A DNA stretch of 47,477 nucleotides from Elusimicrobiales bacterium (GTDB lineage Bacteria > Elusimicrobiota > Elusimicrobia > Elusimicrobiales > UBA9959), in NCBI GenBank assembly GCA_035353595.1, contig DAOPZW010000002.1, forward strand, positions 1 through 47,477. Direction: 5' to 3'. The notes beneath the pieces were generated by a model. It saw only the letters and a list, made by a program, of their open reading frames with translations. It made no database searches and was not told the DNA's origin. Positions within the stretch are counted from its first letter, which is position 1, and every line of letters begins with the position of its first letter. Shown piece by piece: positions 18,219-25,776 of this stretch. Made by a program: the position numbers and the translations under genes.

Positions 18219-20596
18219 ACGACATACTTTCTTTCAACTCGCTGACGGGAAAAGAACTTGAGGCTCTGGATAAGGCCTGCGGCTGGTCGCTCAACGCGCT
18301 GGAACTGGCCGAGGTACAGCGCCAGTTCAGGAAGATGGGCAGGCAGCCGGCGCGCGGGGAATTGGAAACCCTGGCGCAAACCTGGTCCGAGCATTGCAAG
18401 CACAAGACTTTCTCCGGGCCGGTGGCATTCAGGTCGGGCGGGAAGGTAAAAAAGTATAAGAACCTCTTTAAGGAAACGATAGTAAAGGCCACCAGGCAGC
18501 TGAATAAAAAATGGTGCCTGTCCGTTTTTACGGATAATGCCGGGATAGTGGAGTTCGGCAGCAAAGGAAAATGGGGGCTGGCTTTCAAGGCCGAGACACA
18601 CAATCACCCCTGCGCGGTGGAGCCGTACGGCGGGGCCGAGACCGGCGTGGGCGGCGTGGTGCGCGATATCCTGGGCGTGGGCCTGGGCGCCAAGCCCGTG
18701 CTGAATACCGATAATTTCTGCTTCGGTTCCCTGGACAGTAAAAAGAAGCTGCCTAAGAATTCCCACCCGCCGGAGCGCATCATGCGCGGCGTGGTGGAGG
18801 GCGTGCGCGATTACGGCAACCGCATGGGCATTCCCACGGCGTCCGGCGGCATTTATTTCGACGACGGCTACCTGTTGAACCCGCTGGTCTATGTGGGCTG
18901 CGCGGGGCTGATCCCGGCGGATAAAATAGAGAAGCGGGTGTTGCCCGGGGACCTGATAGTTTCGATAGGCGGGCGCACCGGCCGCGACGGCATACACGGC
19001 GCGACTTTTTCTTCCGCCAATATCGACGAGGAAACTTCAGCCTCGGCCGTGCAGATAGGCCACGCGATAAACGAGAAGAAGACGCTGGACGTGCTGATGC
19101 GCGCCCGCGACCTGGGCCTTTACAATGCGGTGACCGACTGCGGCGCCGGCGGTTTCTCTTCGGCCATAGGCGAGCTGGGCTCGGAGACCGGCGCCCGGGT
19201 GCGCCTGGAAGCCGCGCTGCTCAAAGAAACGCGCATCGAGCCCTGGGAGATCTGGGTTTCGGAGTCGCAGGAGCGGATGATCCTTTCGGTGCCGGCCGGC
19301 AAGCTTAAAAAGCTGGAGGCCATACTTAAGGCCGAGAGCTGCGAATATTGCGTGCTGGGGACTTTCCCGGGCGACGGGCGGTTGCTGGTGACCTATAAAG
19401 ACGAAAAGGTGGTGGACCTGCCGATGTCCTTCCTGCACGGCGGCGTGCCCAACCCAGAAAAGCAGGCGGCGCAGCGCAAGGTTAAGATCTGCTCAGGCGT
19501 GCCCGCGCGGCCTTCAAAACAATACGGCCGGATCCTGCGCGAACTGCTGGCGCATCCCAATATCTGCTCGCGCCATTCCGTTATAACGCAGTACGACCAT
19601 GAGGTGCAGGGCGGCACGGTGATAAAGCCGCTGCAGGGGCCCAATGGCGACGGGCCCGGCGACGCGGCCGTGATCTGGCCTGTAGCCGCCACGCTGGATA
19701 TGACCGACTTCTCCGGCTTTGCCGTAACGCACGGTTTCAACCCGGCCGCCGGGAAGATAGATCCTTACCAGATGGCGCTGCACTCGGTGGACGAGGCGGT
19801 GCGCAACCTGCTCTGCGTGGGCGCCGAGATCTCGCGCACGGCCATCCTCGATAATTTCTGCGCCGCCAGCCCGCGCGACCCCGAAGTGATGGCCGACCTG
19901 GTGCGGGCCGCCGAGGGCTGCTATGACGCCGCCATGGGCTATGGCGCGCCTTTCATTTCCGGCAAAGACAGCTTCTACAACCAGGCCCGGGACGCCGAAG
20001 GCCGGGAGTATCCCATCCCCATTTCGCTGCTGATCTCCGCCACCGCCCCGGTTGAAGACATTCGTAAAGCCATAACCATGAACTTCAAAGAGGCGGGCCG
20101 CCCGGTGTACCTGGCCGGCATTGCCCGGCGGGGCATGGGCGGCTCGGTCTATAACGACGTGTATGAGTCCGGCAATAATTTCATCAGCCCGCTGGACATA
20201 AAGGCTGCGGTCAAACTTTATACGGCTATCCTTAGGGCCATAAAAGCCGGCTGCGTCAGCGCGGCGCACGACGTTTCCCAGGGCGGGCTGGCCGTGACGC
20301 TGGCCGAGATGGCCTTCTCGGGCGGTTTCGGCGCTGAAATAGATCTTTCCGGAGCCGGCAGGGATAAGGGCCTCAGCGCGCTGGAACTGCTGTTCGGCGA
20401 GAGCCCCGCGCGGCTGGCGCTGGAGGTGGTAAAAGAGCGCGAGGTGGAATTCCTCAAGATCGTAAAAGACCTGCCGGTGTTCGAGGCCGGTTATGTGAAA
20501 GAGGAACCGCTGCTGGCGGTCAGCGACGGCGGCGCGGAACTGTTCAGGGAAGATATCCTCGCGCTGAAAACTTGCTGGAAGCAGGAGCTGATATGA
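18215..20596 (+). CDS. purL: Phosphoribosylformylglycinamidine synthase subunit PurL (small type)
   Basis: 793 aa. WSEHCKHKTF, ETHNHPCAVEPYGGAETGVGGVVRD, GRDGIHGATFSS and ISGKDSFYN. Confidence 0.93.
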   Translation: MNDILSFNSLTGKELEALDKACGWSLNALELAEVQRQFRKMGRQPARGELETLAQTWSEHCKHKTFSGPVAFRSGGKVKKYKNLFKETIVKATRQLNKKWCLSVFTDNAGIVEFGSKGKWGLAFKAETHNHPCAVEPYGGAETGVGGVVRDILGVGLGAKPVLNTDNFCFGSLDSKKKLPKNSHPPERIMRGVVEGVRDYGNRMGIPTASGGIYFDDGYLLNPLVYVGCAGLIPADKIEKRVLPGDLIVSIGGRTGRDGIHGATFSSANIDEETSASAVQIGHAINEKKTLDVLMRARDLGLYNAVTDCGAGGFSSAIGELGSETGARVRLEAALLKETRIEPWEIWVSESQERMILSVPAGKLKKLEAILKAESCEYCVLGTFPGDGRLLVTYKDEKVVDLPMSFLHGGVPNPEKQAAQRKVKICSGVPARPSKQYGRILRELLAHPNICSRHSVITQYDHEVQGGTVIKPLQGPNGDGPGDAAVIWPVAATLDMTDFSGFAVTHGFNPAAGKIDPYQMALHSVDEAVRNLLCVGAEISRTAILDNFCAASPRDPEVMADLVRAAEGCYDAAMGYGAPFISGKDSFYNQARDAEGREYPIPISLLISATAPVEDIRKAITMNFKEAGRPVYLAGIARRGMGGSVYNDVYESGNNFISPLDIKAAVKLYTAILRAIKAGCVSAAHDVSQGGLAVTLAEMAFSGGFGAEIDLSGAGRDKGLSALELLFGESPARLALEVVKEREVEFLKIVKDLPVFEAGYVKEEPLLAVSDGGAELFREDILALKTCWKQELI

Positions 20597-21333
20597 AACC
20601 CAAAGCTGTGATCCTGCGCGGCACCGGCACCAATTGCGACATCGAAACCTTCAACTCCTTCAAATATGTGGGAGCTGAACCCGAGCTGGTGCACATAAAC
20701 CAGTTGCTGGCCGGAGAAAAGAAAGTGCTGGATTATGACCTGATGGCTTTCCCCGGCGGCTTCTCTTACGGCGACGACATCTCGGCCGGCAAGATCTACG
20801 CCGTGAAGATGGCGGCGTTGGCGGCCGATTTCGTGGCGTTCATCAAAGACCGCAGGCCTGTAATAGGCATCTGCAACGGCTTCCAGATCCTGGTCAAGAC
20901 CGGCTTCCTGCCGGAGAACCGCGCCAACGCCCAGACCTCCACGCTTTACACCAATGACTGCGGGCATTTTATGGCCAAGTGGATAAAACTGAAGGTGAAC
21001 AGGCACAGCCCCTGCATCTTCACAAAGGGCCTGCCCGAAGAAATAGAACTGCCGATAGCCAACGGCGAGGGGAAATTCATCGTAGAGGATAAAAAAGTGC
21101 TGGCCTCTATAACGGGCCGCAACCTGCACGCGCTGACTTACGCCGAGAATCCCAACGGTTCCATGCTGGACATCGCAGGCATAACCAATGCCGCCGGCAC
21201 CTGCTTCGGCCTGATGCCGCACCCGGAGCGCAATTTCTTCGCCTGGCAGCATCCCGACCGCCCCGCCGTTGCCCGCGAGACCGAGGCTGTCGGCTGCCAG
21301 TTCTTCAAGAACGCGGTGGAGTATGTGCGGTGA
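20593..21333 (+). CDS. purQ: FGAM synthase glutamine amidotransferase subunit PurQ
   Basis: GTNCDIE, PGGFSYGDD, GICNGFQIL (catalytic Cys) and MPHPER. ATG 20593 overlaps the purL stop (ATGA) and is preferred over the track start at 20572. Confidence 0.9.
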   Translation: MKPKAVILRGTGTNCDIETFNSFKYVGAEPELVHINQLLAGEKKVLDYDLMAFPGGFSYGDDISAGKIYAVKMAALAADFVAFIKDRRPVIGICNGFQILVKTGFLPENRANAQTSTLYTNDCGHFMAKWIKLKVNRHSPCIFTKGLPEEIELPIANGEGKFIVEDKKVLASITGRNLHALTYAENPNGSMLDIAGITNAAGTCFGLMPHPERNFFAWQHPDRPAVARETEAVGCQFFKNAVEYVR

Positions 21334-21394
21334 TGCCCCCTGCCGGTCCCGCAAGCGTTCGGTTGCCGGGAGACCGGACTGACATAACTTTAAT

Positions 21395-21417
21395 GGCGGC
21401 CAAGGTTTGGGCGGGCC
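21395..21417. repeat. Orphan arm fragment of the nested-palindrome element family
   Basis: ggcggccaaggtttgggcgggcc resembles the copy A arm ggcggccggggtttgggctcagcgggc, with no partner arm nearby. Confidence 0.5.
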
Positions 21418-21434
21418 GGATTTATCGTTTCTTT

Positions 21435-21575
21435 GGAGCGGGTGACGGGGATTTGGTGGAGCAAACCCTCACGGAGGCCGACGCTTGCGTAAGCGCGGAG
21501 GCCGAGTGGGGAGGGGCGAGCACGGTGTGCGAGACCCCGTGTTTGCGCAACCAAACCCACGGCACCCGCGAACCC
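21435..21575 (+). repeat. Nested-palindrome intergenic element, copy B (short form lacking the ~130-bp core module)
   Basis: It shares the left arm ggagcgggtgacggggatttggtggagcaaaccctcacgga and the right part gcgtaagcgcggaggccgagtggggaggggcgagcacggtgtgcgagaccccgtgtttgcgcaaccaaaccc with copies C and D. Confidence 0.8.
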
Positions 21576-21603
21576 TTGACAGTTCTGTAAGTTAAAGGAA
21601 AAT

Positions 21604-22959
21604 ATGTGTGGAATATTCGGGATAACTGATACTAAAGACGCGTGCAACCTGGCTTATGTCGGGCTGTTCACGCTGCAGCACCGCGGCCAGGAATCCGCCG
21701 GCATGGTGACAGACGACGGCGGGCAGCTGCGCCAGCACAATGCCATGGGCCTGGTCAGCGAAGTTTTCAGCAAAGACGCGCTGGCGTGGCTCAAGGGCCG
21801 CAGCGCCATAGGCCATATCCGCTATTCCACTACCGGCTCCAGCCATATCAAGAACGCCCAGCCGCTGGTGCTGAGTTCCTGCCTGGGCCATATCGCGGTG
21901 GCGCATAACGGGAACATCACCAACGCCGACGAGCTCAAAGAGCGGCTGCAGCGGGGCGGCTCAATCTTCCAGTCCACCAGCGACAGCGAAGTGATACTGC
22001 ACCTGGCCGCGAAGTACCGCGGCAGGAACCTTGAAGACACATTGGCAAAGAATTTGCCCAAGCTGAACGGGGCGTACGCCTTTTTATTCATGACGCCGGG
22101 GAAGGTTATAGGCGCGCGTGATCCCAGCGGCTACAGGCCGCTGGTGCTCGGCAAACTTGGGAAATCCTTCATCCTGTCCTCCGAAACCTGCGCCATCGAC
22201 GTGGCCGGCGGCAGGACCATACGGGAGATAGAGCCGGGCGAGATGGCGATAATAGAAAAAGGCAGGGTCCGTTTCCGCCGCTTCGCCCCGGCCCGGAGTT
22301 TTACCCGCTGCATCTTCGAACAGGTGTACTTCGCCAGGCCGGATTCGCTGGTGGCGGGCAGGACGGTGCAGACCGCGCGCTATGAGATCGGCGCGCTGCT
22401 GGCGGAAGAACTTAAGGGCGTGAAAGCCGACATCGTATCGGGCGTGCCGGACTCCGGCACGGTTTACGCCCTGGGGTATTCCAAGGGGTCAGGGATACCG
22501 TACCAGACGGTTTTTATGCGCAACCATTATACCGGCCGCTCCTTCATACAGCCGGACCAGCGCCTCAGGGAGTTCACCGCCCGGCTCAAGCTCGCGCCTA
22601 TCCGCGACGTGATAAAAGGCAAGAGCATCATCCTGGTGGATGATTCCCTGGTGAGGGGGACCACCTCGCGCAAGATCGTGAAAAGCCTTAAGGAGGCCGG
22701 CGCGAAAAAGGTGGCGATGGCCATCGCCTCGCCGCCTATTATCTCGCCGTGCTTTTACGGCATAGATACCCCGAATAAAGGGGAGCTTATCGCCAATAAA
22801 CTGTCGAAAGACAAGATCCGGAGGTTTATCGGCGCCGACGCGCTGCATTACCTCGGGCTTGAGAGCCTGGTCGCCGCCTGCGGAGAGCGCCGCGACAGTA
22901 ACTTCTGCACGGCCTGCTTTACGGGCAGGTACCCGAAGCCCGGCAAAGGGACTTTATGA
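21604..22959 (+). CDS. purF: Amidophosphoribosyltransferase
   Basis: Starts MCGIFGI (N-terminal nucleophile Cys). QHRGQESAGM, the PRPP loop ILVDDSLVRGTT, and C-terminal Cys residues consistent with an Fe-S type enzyme. Confidence 0.93.
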   Translation: MCGIFGITDTKDACNLAYVGLFTLQHRGQESAGMVTDDGGQLRQHNAMGLVSEVFSKDALAWLKGRSAIGHIRYSTTGSSHIKNAQPLVLSSCLGHIAVAHNGNITNADELKERLQRGGSIFQSTSDSEVILHLAAKYRGRNLEDTLAKNLPKLNGAYAFLFMTPGKVIGARDPSGYRPLVLGKLGKSFILSSETCAIDVAGGRTIREIEPGEMAIIEKGRVRFRRFAPARSFTRCIFEQVYFARPDSLVAGRTVQTARYEIGALLAEELKGVKADIVSGVPDSGTVYALGYSKGSGIPYQTVFMRNHYTGRSFIQPDQRLREFTARLKLAPIRDVIKGKSIILVDDSLVRGTTSRKIVKSLKEAGAKKVAMAIASPPIISPCFYGIDTPNKGELIANKLSKDKIRRFIGADALHYLGLESLVAACGERRDSNFCTACFTGRYPKPGKGTL

Positions 22960-24206
22960 ATGTGCTGATAATAGGAGCCGGAGCGCGCGAACACGCGCTA
23001 GGCTGGAAACTCGCGCAAAGCCCGCTGCTGGAAAAATTGTACGCTATACCCGCCGCGGCCGGTATGGCCGGACTTTCAGAATGCGCGGAGATAGCGCAGG
23101 ATGATTTTGAGAAAATATATGTTTTTTGCCGCGACAAAAATATAACGCTGGCGGTTGTCGGGCCGGAAGCCCCGCTGGCCAAGGGGGTAAGCGACTTTCT
23201 GACGGCGAAGGGAATAAAGGTTTTCGGCCCGCCGCAACAGGGCGCCATGCTCGAGGCCTCCAAACAGTTCGCCAAGGAATTCATGGACAGGAATTCCATC
23301 CCCACCGCCGCATTCTCCGTGCTTTTTTCCGCCGAGTTCGCGAAAGAAAAAATAAAAGCCAACAAGAAATACCCGGTGGTGGTAAAAGCCGACGGGCTGG
23401 CCGCCGGAAAGGGCGTGCGTATCTGCCGCAGCGAGGCCGAGGCGCTGGAGGCCGTTTCAGATTTTATGGAGAAAAGGATTTTCGGCTTTTCAGGCTCCAA
23501 AGTGGTGCTGGAGGAATTCCTGACCGGCAGGGAAGCTTCCGTCATGGCCCTGGTGGACGGCAACACCTTCCTGATGCTGCCGCCGGCCAGGGACCATAAG
23601 CGGCTGCTCGACGGCGACGCCGGCCCGAATACAGGGGGAATGGGCGCCGTCTGCCCCGTTGGTATTTCTCCTGCCGATCTTGAGACCATAAAAACCGAGG
23701 TGTTGCAGCGGTTCGTGGACGGTTTGAAAAAGGAGCGCATCCCCTTCCGGGGCGTGATCTTCGCCGGGCTGATGTTCACTCCGGGAGGGGTTAAGGTCCT
23801 GGAATTCAATGTCCGCTTCGGCGATCCGGAAACGCAGGCCATAATGCCGCTGGTAAAATGCGATCTGTTGGCACTGCTGGACGCCTGCGCAGACGGCCGG
23901 CTGGCCGGCAAGCAGCCGACGGTCTCGGCGGAGACCTGTGTAACGGTGGTGCTGGCCTCAGAAGGCTATCCTGAAAGCCCGGTGAAGGGGAAACTGATAA
24001 CCGGCCTGGACCAGGTCCCTCCCGGCGTCCTGGTCTTCCACTCCGGCACCGCCAAAAGAGACGGCGCCTGGCTAACCGCCGGCGGCCGCGTTCTTTCCAT
24101 AACCGCCACCGGTCCGGATCTGGAAAAGGCCCGCGCTAAAGTTTACAATGCCGTATCAAAGATACACTTTGAAGGAATGCAGTACAGAAAGGATATCGGG
24201 TTGTGA
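22956..24206 (+). CDS. purD: Phosphoribosylamine-glycine ligase
   Basis: MNVLIIGAGAREHAL, VVKADGLAAGKGV, GPNTGGMGA and EFNVRFGDPE. ATGA overlap with purF. Confidence 0.93.
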   Translation: MNVLIIGAGAREHALGWKLAQSPLLEKLYAIPAAAGMAGLSECAEIAQDDFEKIYVFCRDKNITLAVVGPEAPLAKGVSDFLTAKGIKVFGPPQQGAMLEASKQFAKEFMDRNSIPTAAFSVLFSAEFAKEKIKANKKYPVVVKADGLAAGKGVRICRSEAEALEAVSDFMEKRIFGFSGSKVVLEEFLTGREASVMALVDGNTFLMLPPARDHKRLLDGDAGPNTGGMGAVCPVGISPADLETIKTEVLQRFVDGLKKERIPFRGVIFAGLMFTPGGVKVLEFNVRFGDPETQAIMPLVKCDLLALLDACADGRLAGKQPTVSAETCVTVVLASEGYPESPVKGKLITGLDQVPPGVLVFHSGTAKRDGAWLTAGGRVLSITATGPDLEKARAKVYNAVSKIHFEGMQYRKDIGL

Positions 24207-24250
24207 GGCGAGATAGAATTATTTGTGGTCCTCAGCTTGTGAGGTTCTGT

Positions 24251-24377
24251 CGGGGCGGCCGGGGTGTTCCCCTGCGAACCCGGGCAGAGGAAACCCTTGC
24301 GTCGGTTTCCCCCCAGCCGCTGCGGCTGGGGCCCCCTTTCCGCAACGGGTTCGCAGGGGAACACCCCGGCCACCCCG
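24251..24377. repeat. 127-bp palindromic element (copy E): perfect 25-bp inverted repeat enclosing two short hairpins
   Basis: ggccggggtgttcccctgcgaaccc (24257-24281) is the exact reverse complement of 24347-24371. The stem extends to 24251/24377 with one mismatch. Inner hairpins are at 24289-24310 and 24312-24330. The termini (cggggcggccgggg) resemble those of copy A. Confidence 0.85.
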
Positions 24378-24455
24378 AGCCCAGATTGCCGACGGGTTAT
24401 GCAAATATGCGGTTGTCTCTAAAGCTGGATTTAAGATATTACATCAGGAGCATAA

Positions 24456-25427
24456 ATGACTACTTATAAAAAAAGCGGCGTGGATATTAAGCTGGCGGAT
24501 AAATTTACGGAATTTCTTGAGAAGAAGTCCAAGGCGATAGGCGGCTTCGCCGGGCTGCTGCCTATAGCGGAAACCAAAGATAAATACAGCCTGGTGGCTT
24601 CTACCGACGGGGTGGGCACCAAACTGAAACTTGCCTTCATGCTCGACAGGCATAATACCATCGGCATAGACCTGGTGGCCATGTGCGTCAACGACCTGCT
24701 GTGCTGCGGCGCGCGGCCGATGATCTTCCTTGATTATTATGCCACCGGCAAGCTCGACCTCGCAACCTCCAAGAAAATAATTGACGGCATACTGGAAGGC
24801 TGCCGGCAGGGCGAATCCGCCCTGCTGGGCGGAGAAACCGCCGAAATGCCCGGCTTCTACCAGCCCGGCGAATACGACCTGGCCGGCTTCTCCGTGGGCA
24901 TAGTAAAAAATTCCGAGGTCCTTGACGGAAAGAAAGTCCGCGCAGGAGACGCCGTCATCGGCCTGGCGTCCACCGGTTTCCACTCCAACGGTTTCTCGCT
25001 GATACGCAAAATACTGGACGATAAAAAGCTCCTGAAAAAATACGCCGCGCGCCTGCTTACGCCCACACGGATATATGTAAAGGACATAAACAAACTGCGC
25101 GCCGCCCTGCGCAAAGAGCGCCGCGACGTGCTGGCCCTCGCCCATATAACCGGCGCCGGCATCCCCGGCAACCTGCCGCGCGTACTCCCCAAGAACCTCT
25201 CCGCCGTCATCCACACCAATTCCTGGAAAGTGCCGCCCCTGATGCGCGAGATCCAGCGCCTGGGCAATGTCCCCGAAGCAGACATGTGGGATTCGTTCAA
25301 CATGGGCATAGGCATGATAGCCGTGGTCAAACGTGATGCTGTAAAGATCGCTTTGAAGACCATAAAAGGTTCCAAACTAATCGGCGAAATAGTGAAAGGC
25401 AACAACGAAGTGATCTTAAAGAAGTGA
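24456..25427 (+). CDS. purM: Phosphoribosylformylglycinamidine cyclo-ligase (AIR synthase)
   Basis: YKKSGVDI, VASTDGVGTKL, DLVAMCVNDL and GGETAEMPG. AGGAG SD. Confidence 0.93.
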   Translation: MTTYKKSGVDIKLADKFTEFLEKKSKAIGGFAGLLPIAETKDKYSLVASTDGVGTKLKLAFMLDRHNTIGIDLVAMCVNDLLCCGARPMIFLDYYATGKLDLATSKKIIDGILEGCRQGESALLGGETAEMPGFYQPGEYDLAGFSVGIVKNSEVLDGKKVRAGDAVIGLASTGFHSNGFSLIRKILDDKKLLKKYAARLLTPTRIYVKDINKLRAALRKERRDVLALAHITGAGIPGNLPRVLPKNLSAVIHTNSWKVPPLMREIQRLGNVPEADMWDSFNMGIGMIAVVKRDAVKIALKTIKGSKLIGEIVKGNNEVILKK

Positions 25428-25470
25428 TTAAATATAAGGGCTTTTGTAAGGAAATGGCAGGCAAATAATC

Positions 25471-25738
25471 GGAGCGGGTGCCGTGGGGGTGGTGCAGCAA
25501 ACCCTCACGGAAGGCGAGGTGAGGACCGGCTTTAGAGCGAGGCATAATTATGCCTCGCGTCCGGTCCGCAAGGGCGCAGGCAATTTTTACAGCGAAAAAT
25601 TGCCGAGCCGGGGCCGCGCAAAACCGCTATGCGGTTTATGCGTGGCTGCGTAAGCGCGGAGGCCGAGTGGGGAGGGGCGAGCACGGTGTGCGAGACCCCG
25701 TGTTTGCGGAACCAAACCCCCGGCAGGCCCCGCGAACC
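25471..25738 (+). repeat. Nested-palindrome intergenic element, copy C (full length, used as the reference orientation)
   Basis: 268 bp. It has left and right arms, the 22-bp palindrome at 25537-25558, the hairpin ggcaattttt..aaaaattgcc at 25579-25604, and an aaaccgc-tat-gcggttt hairpin. Confidence 0.85.
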
Positions 25739-25776
25739 TGCAAGCCTGCCATTTCACTTTTCTTCCAGGAGACCTA

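Noticed and set aside
21576-21581. Perfect TTGACA at the right edge of element copy B, as a promoter for purF
   Set aside because: The position 17 nt downstream reads AAAATA and overlaps the purF start codon region, leaving no room for a transcript start and an SD.
24251-24377. tRNA-like or cloverleaf RNA gene between purD and purM
   Set aside because: The closing stem is 25-31 bp long and the total length is 127 nt. There are no T-loop or D-loop consensus sequences and no anticodon-arm geometry. It fits a palindromic repeat, not a tRNA or tmRNA.
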